Of a stretch of DNA of 57,300 nucleotides, positions 11,701 through 22,260 are shown piece by piece. The DNA comes from Hydrurus foetidus (taxonomy: Eukaryota), in NCBI GenBank assembly GCA_900617105.1, contig UYFQ01000427.1, positions 1 to 57,300 on the forward strand, given 5' to 3'. Each line of letters opens with the position of its first letter. Within the stretch, counting starts at the first letter, position 1. Below the pieces are notes generated by a model. That model did no database searches. It worked only from the letters and a program-made list of their open reading frames with translations, and was not told the origin of the DNA. A program made the translations under genes and the position numbers.

Positions 11701-13674
11701 GGTTAATGAAAGATCTTTTGGGGTTCCTTTAGAGGTTTGCAAAGTCTCTTCGGGCTGACAGCCACATGTCATGACCACATCTTCAGAAGTGGAGACTCCC
11801 TTTATTGGGGTTGGTCGCGATGAAGTGCTTGATTTTATTTGATCTGGGAAAATCGAGAATAGATCTAAATCTCGTATAATTTTTCTTCCCACTATTAGAT
11901 CAATTTGTGTTTGTTCTAAAACATAAGCCGTGATTTGAAAAGAAGAATAATTATTTAAATCAGGGCAAAAATAAGAAAGTTTTAAGTCGATGGTTTCAGA
12001 AATTTCATAGCAATGATTATCTAAACCACTACAAACTTTACACGCTTTCTTAGAAGATTTAGAAACATGTTGTGTTAAGTTAAGATTATTTATAACACGC
12101 CTAGCTATAAAATTGCTGGCGATCGATCCCGTATCCAATAGAGTGAAGACTCTATTTTTCTCTTCCAGCGAAGTTTGCTGAGAAATATGAGAAATAAAGA
12201 AGGGGATAAGATGTTTATCTGACGAAACGGAAGAGTTGTCAATTGACGACATATTAAGGTTGTAAACGTAGTCACCTTTTTGTTTCTTCGCGACACGAGT
12301 AGTGTCTGCTGACGAGGCAGCGGTCTTAGAAGACGCAGAAGAAGAGGAGGAAGCGGAAGAAGAAGATGTTCCGTACGCGTTTGGAATGAACGTCGCTTTG
12401 GGATCGATCTTCAAAAGATCTTTGCCTCCTTCCGACTGAAGGAAAGGTTTCTCGGTACTGTTAAAGTACGGAGAAGAGCCGAATCGACAAGTGGCTACTA
12501 AGTGGCCAAGTCTCCCACAGCCGGAACAGTGGGGTTTGTCAGATTGCTCAGGCTTCTCGTCCTCTCGTTGCCGTTTTTTAATTCGTGGCTCTTGAGGAGG
12601 ACGGTTAGAGTTTTTGATCTGGCGAGAATGATCGCCATAAGTCGGGTGAACGTCTACAAACCGTAAAGCATCAATTGCTTCTCGTAGCTTTCTTAGTTGC
12701 GCACGCCACACGAATCGAAAATCATCGACCGTGATAAGACGTGGCGTTCTATCGAGAGTGCGGTACAAAACTGACCTCCAATTAATGGGTTCAGCTGGCA
12801 ACTTATCAATAAGAATTTTAGTTGCTGTTAACTGCATGGCAGCTGACACCTCAGGGAATGCATCGACAATATCAGCTAAAAGCTGGTCTGTCTTTTCTTC
12901 CACTGATGGGTTCTTCAGGTCAAATTGAATTTGAACCTGAGTAATGGATTCAATGAATCCTAGTTTATCCGTTCTGGACGTCGCAGTTGCAGGAATTGCC
13001 AAATTCAATTCTCTACAAAAATTCTGATTAGTCCAGTTTCTCCAGTTGTTACAACTGTCTCGACGATCAGGGTCGGTTGCAAATCGAAGTTGCAAAAGGG
13101 TTTTAAAAGATTGGAAGTTGCTGTGATGAACGACATCAACTGGCCGAAACGGCGTTCCATTCGAGAGGAGAACCTCTGAAACTCTTTGAACTTCTTGCCA
13201 AGACGGCTTGGCGCTCAACTTAGGAGCTTTCTCACCAACTTGCACGTACTGAGTTGGTGGTGCCAAAGCACGTTGATTAGCAGATCTATCGACCGAAGTC
13301 GACGTGATCTCAGCCGAAGCTGGTGTCGCAGCCGAAGCTGGTATCGCAGCCGAAGCTGGTGAAAGCGATAAAGCAGACAACGCAGAAATGACAGGCACAT
13401 CAATAGCAGACACGACCGCAGGCCCCGACGTCGGCTGAGACGCCGGCGCAGACAGGTCTCCGGCGGGGTCCTGAATCGCAGGTGATCCAGGAGACTCTAT
13501 GTCTTGGACGTTGCGCTGCGTATGCTTAAGATACGCCTTCCGTGCTGCGACGGCGACAGCGCGCGGCTGAGCTCGTCTTAAGATGGCGCTGGTGTTGTCG
13601 GTAGTGTTGGTGGTTGCCTTAGCGTTGGTGGTTGCCTTAGCCGAGGCTTTGGCACGGATGCGGCGAATTGCCAT
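8744..13674 (-). pseudogene. Gypsy 1 gag-pol (gag, PR, RT, RH, IN, chromodomain), several frameshifts
   Basis: ORF pieces 10564-13674, 9753-10277, 9004-9675 and 8744-9103. CSGCGRLGHLVATC knuckle; chromodomain EFLVKWLNY..NTWEP. Confidence 0.92.
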
Positions 13675-13749
13675 GATCCGAAAAATTTCCCGAGAAAAGA
13701 TGGATGAGTAGAAAGAAATAATTTTGGTCGTAGAACCAAATATCGATAT

Positions 13750-14014
13750 TATGGTCGTTGGTGACCAAAGGACGGTGGACGAGGACGATGGACGAGGACG
13801 GAGGGCGAAAAACGAAGATGGAGGAGGTGGAAGAGTATTCTTATAGTTTACAGCGAGAAACAAGCAGTAGTATCTACAGTGATGTGTACTCGCGTGGAAA
13901 CGAAAAGAAAAGAAAACTGTACCGGACTTTGGGTCCGTTCTAGAATCTACAGTACAGGTATAGTATACAGTCACAGTGTATCCGTACATGCAGTACAGAT
14001 ACAGTGAGGCTACA
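13750..14014 (-). repeat. 5' LTR of Gypsy 1 (TG...TA)
   Basis: Matches 8274-8538. Confidence 0.92.
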
Positions 14015-15911
14015 CTTTAGCCTTTCCCTTCGCCCCAGGTGCTGGGGTGCCTGCACGCTCCCTCTTGAGCCTGACCTGAACGGAGTATCGCTTCTCGAGT
14101 ATCGTAGCCTTAGCAACGTCGGTGAGCTCTTGTACCATCTCCTCTAGCATTGCTCTCAGAAGAGCCGTGCATCCCGCCGGGCATGTGACATCGCTCTCCG
14201 GAAATGCGATGGTTTTATCCTCCTTGCTAACGATTCTGAAGAATCTCGTGATTGTCCTCTCTATAGTGTGTACGAGGAAACCAGAATCCCTTAGCCTAAG
14301 CGGTCGCAAGTGGTCTCTCAACGCTTCGATGAGGTCATCGCACGCACCCGCGAATTGAGGTGAGAAGAGCACTTCGAGGGCCACCTCTAATGTCTCGATG
14401 GCGCTCACAAGTGGTCCGTTCTGTAAGACACAGGGATGCGCGGCAGTCGACAGCTTCGACCCCGCGCAGAATGAATCGATCGTGAGCTCTCCCTCACCGA
14501 AGTCCCCCGTTAGAAACAGCTCAAGGGCCTTTGAGCTATTCGCTATTGCTGTCCCATTCAGCAACGATACTTTGCTTGCCCTCAGGAAAGCTGAGCCTAC
14601 AGGCTACTCAAGGGCTACTCATCCCGCCGGGCATGTGACATCGCTCTCCGGAAATGCGATGGTTTTATCCTCCTTGCTAACGATTCTGAAGAATCTCGTG
14701 ATTGTCCTCTCTATAGTGTGTACGAGGAAACCAGAATCCCTTAGCCTAAGCGGTCGCAAGTGGTCTCTCAACGCTTCGATGAGGTCATCGCACGCACCCG
14801 CGAATTGAGGTGAGAAGAGCACTTCGAGGGCCACCTCTAATGTCTCGATGGCGCTCACAAGTGGTCCGTTCTGTAAGACACAGGGATGCGCGGCAGTCGA
14901 CAGCTTCGACCCCGCGCAGAATGAATCGATCGTGAGCTCTCCCTCACCGAAGTCCCCCGTTAGAAACAGCTCAAGGGCCTTTGAGCTATTCGCTATTGCT
15001 GTCCCATTCAGCAACGATACTTTGCTTGCCCTCAGGAAAGCTGAGCCTACAGGCTACTCAAGGGCCTCAGCTTCGTCCTGAACGATCTTCCAGTAGGCCT
15101 CAGTTTGGAGCTTATACCCAGACCCAGCCATATGTTTCCGGAGTCCCTTCTCGGCCGCCCTCCACATAAACTCCAATTGATCACACCTGACTTGCAGGTT
15201 GCTCTTATCCCTTATCTGCAGCCTCACACCGTCTCTCGTAACTAAAAAATACCCTCCTCGTTTCTCACCTTCTGTGCGCTCACCCCCCGCTTCCTGCGCG
15301 CTCTGCGCTGGCCTTTTCTCATGTAATTCTGGCTGGAGAGCCTTACCGCTGACCGCTTTCTCCAGTCTCATCTTCGCTGCGATTGCCGCGAAGTCCCCTG
15401 ATGCCAGCAAGAAATGGGTTGGTGATTGAATTATGAGACGCCTTTGCGCAAAATCCACTTCACCGACTAGGTCACTCAAATATCCGAGACACTTTATATA
15501 CGCCAGAGGGTCGGGCGGACCGAGAAACTCGAAGAACACAAGGTTCGAACACGCTAAAAAATCCATGTCGCGCGCTTCGTTCTCGTCGGGCTCCTCAATC
15601 GCGGCGACTGCAATATCGCTCGACTGCACTCTCGACCTTACCACACGATTGATGTTGAACTCTGCTGTCCTGCGACCTGCCTCCGTCCCGAATGACGTTA
15701 GCGACGTGCTCGCCGCAGTGATCCAAGACTCAAATTCAGCTGGTGCTACTTCGTAGTCCACCAGCTGGCTGTATTTGTCCGATACAGCAATCGACCTGTT
15801 GCGCTTTCTCGTAGGGACGCTGGCGCTACCTACGGCACTCTCAGATGTGCTCCCCAGATTCTGCGACGTAGAAGACGAACTGGAAGTTTCGCCGTTGCTC
15901 GCGCCGCTCAT
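14015..15911 (-). pseudogene. YR-element gag/ORF1 (premature TAG at 15054-15056; internal 450-bp duplication)
   Basis: ORF 15054-15947 continues in frame into 14619-15014 and 14010-14564, and rejoins 8016-8273 across the Gypsy. Confidence 0.75.
14170..15065. repeat. Exact tandem duplication, period 450 bp
   Basis: 14170-14615 equals 14620-15065, with a TACT junction. Confidence 0.95.
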
Positions 15912-16086
15912 CGCAAAGAAATTTCGGAAAACGTTCTTTGCAGTCAAGGTCAGAGGAAAACGATTGGCCTTTTAGCTGTCGCGACTATCGTATTACTTCG
16001 CTTAAGGGGCCTCAGGTACCACCACACCCCGTCCTCGCCGCTTTTTGGAAAATCGCGAGGCCTCTAGATTTCGATCGAACTGCTCA

Positions 16087-16862
16087 AAATCCGGATTGAA
16101 ACCGTTCCTTACGGCACGAGTTGATCTGGGATTTCGTAAAATCACCCTATGGGGCAGAAAATACGTGAATTTTTCCAGAACTCAAAAACTCAGAACTCGA
16201 GTTGTTCTAGAAAAACAGGGCCATTTTTCCAGTTCTACTGCGGTTCGTGTCACTGAGCCACCGTACTCACAACTCAACTCCATCTTCACCGCGCCTCCCG
16301 GTCCCTCTCTCTCACAATGAAGCTGGGGTGTGTGTTGCCTTACTAAGTTTTGTTAATCTACTATGGGTGCGCTTAGATTGCTCTAGAGACCCCGGCCCTT
16401 CCCGATCTCGTCCCCGAAGGGATAGATTAGGTTGCCCGGGATATCACCTTCCTTAGAGCGACAATATAAGCGATCAAAAAACAAAACAAAAACGATTGAT
16501 TAAATAAAATGATAGGCATGGTTGGCTACGGGGCAAAAGATCACAGCACGAAGTTACTCACTTCGACGATGTCAGATCGTACTACTGTCTTGCTGATAAT
16601 ATATGACATGTGCATGCTACTCGTCGTACGATATGTGAAGTTGAAACAGTAAAAATCTGTTCAAATTTATGCCGGACGTGTACCCCGCATTCCAGTACTG
16701 GAAAGTGTGCATTAGTCACTCACTCTGCGGAGAACCTGCACAAGCGTCCACTAGCTACCGCCCATTCTCAAAACTCGAGTTCTGAGTTTTTGAGTTCTGG
16801 GAATTTGAAAATTCCAAGAACCCCGAACTCATTCCGTAAGGAACGGTCTGATCCGAAATTTG
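16087..16862. repeat. Long direct repeat copy 2, bracketed by an imperfect inverted repeat (16087-16203 vs 16772-16862)
   Basis: CCAGAACTCAAAAACTCAGAACTCGAGT and ACCGTTCCTTACGG occur inverted on both sides. Confidence 0.85.
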
Positions 16863-17089
16863 ACTTGACGACTTTTCGCTGTAACCGGTCCCAGAGCGGG
16901 GACCGAAAACAAGGATATATATTGTGCCGGTCACAACTAAACGGTGCCGCAGAAAGAAAATTGCGGCGTATTCGTGTTTTTGACAGCAGAATCAAAATAA
17001 CAGTTATTTTGACCTCAGTAAAAAACACGAAAAACCTCCCCGCAAAATAAAGGTTAGGACCCACTAGATCTTTTTTCAGTAAATAAATC

Positions 17090-17276
17090 CCACCTTACAA
17101 CTTTCGGCACCCAACTCTCACCTTTCAACTCTACTCACTTTACAACTCCCACCGTACAACTCAACTCACCTTACAACTCTACTCACCTTACAACTCTACT
17201 CACCTTACAACTCAACTCACTTTATAACTCTCACCTTACAACCCTCACCTCACAACTCAACTCACCTTACAACTCC
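17090..17276. repeat. 17-bp subterminal array (ACTCACCTTACAACTCT), left TIR
   Basis: Direct reading; degenerate units. Confidence 0.9.
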
Positions 17277-18209
17277 GACTCATAGGTGGCGGAAATTAAA
17301 AAAAAAGTTTATTGAAGTGTTTTTTTTAATCTCAGTATAAAAACTGTTATTTCTTTAGTTTCGCTTTTTCAATTTTTTTCTAGTGAACAGCCAATAATTC
17401 TCTGAGGCATTCAATCGAAAGGCACTTTATGATTTTCTTTAGATAAAGTGGGCATTGATCATGAGCGACAAACTTTCTGGAGCCAACCGCACCAAAATGC
17501 AAAATCTTGGAACCCTCGGTCCTGGTGGTGTGAGCCCCACGCCGTACCACTAAGCCACACAGGAACTGCGTACTCGACGGCAAAAATACACAAACAAATA
17601 GTACGTGCATACTTAGGCTCATCGTCACCTCGGGTCAACACTTCAGAGAACACTGTTAGATTCATCTTTTTGACGTTATGAAAATTGAAATTCAAAAATC
17701 TAAAAAGTTATGATCGTTATACCGTGGAATCGGCATACTGCATGGCCGGAAGTACTACCGTGCGTGCATCTATATCTGCTACTAGTTTACAACTGATGTA
17801 ATTAAGTTTGTGTGTAGTCTGACATTTTCTATTCGATATCCTTTTTGAAAATACCGATTTAATTCTATAGATGACATATTTTCAAATCATTTTCAACTGA
17901 ACAGCGAATTATAGTGGCAAAATCTTTTATGTGCTGATGACTTGAATTATTAAAATGAATTATTAAAAATCGTTCTTATTATTTATTGTAATGTGGAATC
18001 AAAATATATATGATTCATTCGATACTGTTTTATCAGAAGTCAGAATTCGACCACGCAGAGCTAGGCTTAGAGTTACGTACGACAGTAAAGTGCCTTCGAT
18101 TAATTGTTGATTATGTTGGGATTTAGTGACGAAATTTGCAATCGATGATGGTATGGTGGATGGTTCCCTAAAGTCGTATAGACGATTCAAGTTAGATTTC
18201 GTATATGAT

Positions 18210-19881
18210 TTAGTAATGCATAAGATTAGAAATCGTTGAAACATACTCGAGTGGGGTTAACTCATTATTATTATACCGTTGTTTGCTTCTTGCTAGCCTT
18301 CGCTCTTTTTCCTTCAGTTTGTGTGTGAGTGGGACAAAGATTGCCTCGTTATTCATCTGATTTTGCTCCAGTTCTTTGGCAGTCTGCTCGATTTGATTTT
18401 TGTGATGAACTTCCACAGGTTAGGATTGCTGTTAATCGTTTGGACGAGATGAGAATGCCAACCTTCCATGTGATTGTTTGTTCTGTTCTTGTTCAATCCA
18501 TAGACGTTCCAAGACCGTAAACGTCCCATCCAAGTATGGTTGAAGTACTGAAGGAAGTCATTTACATGAGCAGCACTAATGTCGTCTCCGACTAATGCCA
18601 TTAGATCGTTGGTGAGAATGTTGAGAACTTGGCGAAGATCACAGTCCCCATTATCAGCGATCTGTGTGGGAGTTTTCTCGTGTCGGAGAAACGCTGCTGC
18701 AAAAAATTTTCTCATCACCACTCTTAGACCAGTCTCTTCCCGATCGTATGCTACTTAATGATCATGATAATTGAAAAAAATCAAATCTCAGGTAAAGAAA
18801 GGAATACTATAAATTTGAAACTTACTTTCATATTGTGCTGAATTCTCCTGAATAGCGCTTGACAATAATGAAAGTGACATCCCTTTTTATCAACATCTGG
18901 AAACTTCACTGTCAAAGCGGCAAAAATGGACAGTTCAAAATCTGACATCGACTTCTGCCAGTTGATATCGTAGTTCCAATGAGCGGCTTTCTCGATGACG
19001 AGTTGGAAGAACCTTTCGTAAACGATATGAGATTTCCGCTTAGTAAGCAATACATTCTCGGAAGCAATCTGTTGTCTAAAGAATCCTCATATCCCACGTT
19101 ATCATCGTGATGAAATGAGCAAATGGTAATAAGTTGCTGATAAGGTGCTGGACAAACTTTAAAAGTCCCATCCATCTGAACTACTGTTGCATTGCACATT
19201 TTCTTGAAGAATTTCCTTGTACCAAAACATAGAATATGGTTCTCGAGAGGTCTGCCAGGAATATTTGGAAAGGAATCTTGGAAAAGTAGAAATTGATGCC
19301 CATTCTCAGCTCTTCTGTATTCTTCTGGTATAATAACGTCGTTGTAGCCAATAGGTAATCTTGGTAAGACAGAGAGCCTTCGTCGACTATAGGCGCTATG
19401 CAGACTGTCCGCAGTAAACATCTGTCCTGCAGCAACTAGATTATCCAGCTGAATGGGATTCATCACATTTGCATATGCAACGTATAGGTCCACACCTGAA
19501 AATGATACAAATCAGAAAAACAACTTTTTTATAGTGAAATACGGTATTGAACTTACCAGCGGTTGCTTCTCTAAGCACATTGTTCCTTGCATTTCTGACG
19601 GCAATGTCCATCTCATCTGTAACGCAATACTCATCGTCATGATCAGTCGCTACGACGTTGATGATTCCATCTGTCATTCCATCGTGACCTGGACCCGCCA
19701 CATCAAGGTCCACCTCATAATGAACCTTCGCCTTACAGCCTTTGCGAATGTTTACGCAAACCCAATAGCATTTTGTTATTTCTCCATTAACATCATGAGC
19801 AAATTTGGTTTTAGAAAATAACTTGTTGTTCATCTGCAACAGATTTTTTCCTTTCGCGGACTTCGTGCCAAAATGAAGCAT
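18210..19881 (-). pseudogene. MULE transposase with FLYWCH-like N-terminal zinc finger; 2 introns (19556-19496, 18825-18751) and frameshifts
   Basis: YWVC..CKAKV..H; MDGTFK; MSDFE; GCHFHYCQA; RTNNHMEGWH. Confidence 0.88.
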
Positions 19882-20384
19882 CGTCCAAAGAAATTTAGTA
19901 AGTTGACGAGATTTTCTATCAGGAATAGAAATGATATGATATCAATTATAACTTTTTAGATTTTTGAATTTCAATTTTCATAACGTCAAAAAGATGAATC
20001 TAACAGTGTTCTCTGAAGTGTTGACCCGAGGTGACGATGAGCCTAAGTATGCACGTACTATTTGTTTGTGTATTTTTGCCGTCGAGTACGCAGTTCCTGT
20101 GTGGCTTAGTGGTACGGCGTGGGGCTCACACCACCAGGACCGAGGGTTCCAAGATTTTGCATTTTGGTGCGGTTGGCTCCAGAAAGTTTGTCGCTCATGA
20201 TCAATGCCCACTTTATCTAAAGAAAATCATAAAGTGCCTTTCGATTGAATGCCTCAGAGAATTATTGGCTGTTCACTAGAAAAAAATTGAAAAAGCGAAA
20301 CTAAAGAAATAACAGTTTTTATACTGAGATTAAAAAAAACACTTCAATAAACTTTTTTTTTTAATTTCCGCCACCTATGAGTCG

Positions 20385-20635
20385 GAGTTGTAAGGTGAGT
20401 AGAGTTGTAAGGTGAGTAGAGTTGTAAGGTGAGTAGAGTTGTAAGGTGAGTTGAGTTGTAAGGTGAGTAGAGTTGTAAGGTGAGTAGAGTTGTAAGGTGA
20501 GTTGTAAGGTGAGTAGAGTTGTAAGGTGAGTAGAGTTGTAAGGTGGGAGTTGTAAGGTGAGTAGAGTTGTAAGGTGAAAGTTGTAAAGTGAGTAGAGTTG
20601 GAAAGTGAGAGTTGGGTGCCGAAAGTTGTAAGGTG
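20385..20635. repeat. 17-bp subterminal array (GAGTTGTAAGGTGAGTA), right TIR
   Basis: Reverse complement of the left array; longer and more homogeneous. Confidence 0.9.
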
Positions 20636-20786
20636 GGATTTATTTACTGAAAAAAGATCTAGTGAGCGATGACCAAAATAAATTCTCCCGTTTAGTTATG
20701 ACCGGCACAATATCGTTTTTGAGTAGCTCTTGTCGAGATAAGTACGGTAATGGTACTATTGTATAGTCGCTTCGTATCATTTAGAG

Positions 20787-20926
20787 CAGGGGAGCGATTT
20801 TAAAAAGACAGAAAATTTCGGATGGAAAAAAACAGGGGAAAAAATGATGGGGACCGTTTAGAGAAAGCTTGGGACAGTTTACAGGAAGCATGGGACCGTT
20901 TACAGAAAGCATGGGACCGATTACAT
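20787..20926 (+). repeat. Possible DNA-transposon end (CAGGGG terminus) with 21-bp subterminal repeats GGGACCGTTTACAGAAAGCAT
   Basis: Four degenerate 21-bp units at 20850-20926. No partner end found. Confidence 0.4.
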
Positions 20927-21086
20927 GTAAATAGCATTTTTGAGTAGATCCATCAAAATAATGCGTGAAATGGTACTTAAAAGCATTGCACTTGTGATTT
21001 TTGTTGCGAAAAACGATTTCTTAGATTTTTAGGACCAATGGAAGTGGTCGGGAATCGAATACAGATAGAAGGTCTCAATATCCGTT

Positions 21087-21536
21087 TAAAACACTGTTAT
21101 GATACAGCCAGATGTTGAACTACTATCAAACAAGATATAAAACTGCTATATATATGTATCATAATCATGAAAATAAAGTGGGGTCGATGTACTCGATGTA
21201 TTACAAAAAATATTAACTTTATAAAGCCATAATACAGTGAGTATTATGTGTGTAGGTAAGAGTTAATGGAAATCAGTGTAAAACATATAATAATAATCGT
21301 ATTACTACAACTCATAGCTGTATTTGGTTTCATTTTGTGTGATCCATCGCATGAATGATGTGTCATGGGATGGTTCGATAAGCGTGAAATGATATAATCG
21401 ATTCAAAACAACTGCAGTAAAGTACAGCAGTATTCCGCTAAAACACTGTTATGATACAGCCAAATGTTGAACTATTATCAAACAAGATCTAAAACTGCTA
21501 TACATGTGTATCATAATCATGGAAATAAAGCGGGGT
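21087..21536. repeat. ~97-bp dispersed direct repeat (21087-21184 / 21439-21536)
   Basis: TAAAACACTGTTATGATACAGCC...AATAAAG(T/C)GGGGT occurs twice with a few substitutions. Confidence 0.85.
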
Positions 21537-21794
21537 AAATAAGGCGATGGCACGCTTCGAAACTTTGTAGGTCAGAAGCAGATTTGAGATGAGTCCGTCA
21601 GCCATCATTTTTTGGTTTTTATCTTCTTTGTTGAACCTATTAAATAGATCTATAGTGTCTTGGGCCTGCTCTGGCCCGCCCAAATATTTCTGAAACTCAA
21701 ACATGGGATCGTCATCTCGCAGAAGTCGTTGATTGTCGTGATTGTTGATCAATCTCCCCTTCTCCCCTCTATGTACCTTCAGACGCGTGTCCTC

Positions 21795-22260
21795 TGTAGT
21801 CCGGATAGGAAGTAGGTCGATAGAGTGGAGGTGATAGTTAGTTACAAGTCTAAGCTAGAAGCTAGGAAGAACTTCTACGAGTAGGCTAGAGCTAGCTAGC
21901 AGCTGTGCTAGAGATGTATATGTACAGTAGGCGGTAGGATCGGATGGATCGGGACTAGGTCCGGTACGGCCCGTAGGCCCGGTGTAGCCGATCCGACCAC
22001 ATTACCCCCACTTTTCGTTTTTCGAAGAAAAAGAACCTATGACGCGACCACCACGTTTTGTACAAAAATCTAATACAACTAAAACTAACTAAAGGAAGAA
22101 TAAAGAAAAAGATTACAAATATGTAAATCTCATAATACATTGTAATATATATAAAAATAAAAATCTATACAAATAGGCTGGGTGGTGGGAGGCCACCTGC
22201 AGCGTCCACGTAGAAGTTAAGTAGCTTCTAGCCTAGCGCCCTGTAACTAAGCCAACCTAC
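21795..22260 (-). mobile_element. 3' LTR (21795-22001) and 3' UTR remnant of a third Gypsy-like element
   Basis: Minus strand reads purine tract AAAAGTGGGGGTAA, then TGTGG...GACTACA, an end resembling the Gypsy 2 LTR. Confidence 0.5.

Larger units (their letters stand above)
8274..14014 (-). mobile_element. Ty3/Gypsy chromodomain LTR retrotransposon 1 (full length), TSD CTTT
   Basis: Apparently identical 265-bp LTRs at 8274-8538 and 13750-14014; PPT at 8539-8564; gag knuckle, LLDTGS, YIDD, RNase H, integrase and chromodomain. Confidence 0.95.
3487..16771 (-). mobile_element. Tyrosine-recombinase retrotransposon (Ngaro/PAT-like, split direct repeats), interrupted by a Gypsy
   Basis: gag-like ORF, RT/RNase H ORF and YR ORF in DIRS-order arrangement. 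Direct repeats at both ends, with a 220-bp segment present three times. Confidence 0.88.
17062..20664 (-). mobile_element. Mutator-like (Phantom/foldback-type) DNA transposon with ~650-700-bp TIRs
   Basis: TIRs 17062-~17710 and ~19948-20664 are near-identical inverted copies; internal MULE transposase. Confidence 0.92.
16923..20709. mobile_element. Small TGT...ACA TIR element (~185 bp, Ginger-like termini, TSD ATAT) hosting the MULE
   Basis: TGTGCCGGTCACAACTAAACGG / CCGTTTAGTTATGACCGGCACA with ATAT on both flanks. Another terminus of the family is at 31300-31315. Confidence 0.7.

Noticed and set aside
17380..20279. Mirror-image ORFs (82/78/77 aa) on both strands
   Set aside because: A consequence of the long TIRs; no coding motifs.
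17090..20635. Regular short repeats resembling a CRISPR array
   Set aside because: They are contiguous 17-bp units without unique spacers and form part of the MULE TIRs in a eukaryotic genome.
21498..21752. 84-aa ORF
   Set aside because: No recognisable motif; likely a fragment of a decayed element.
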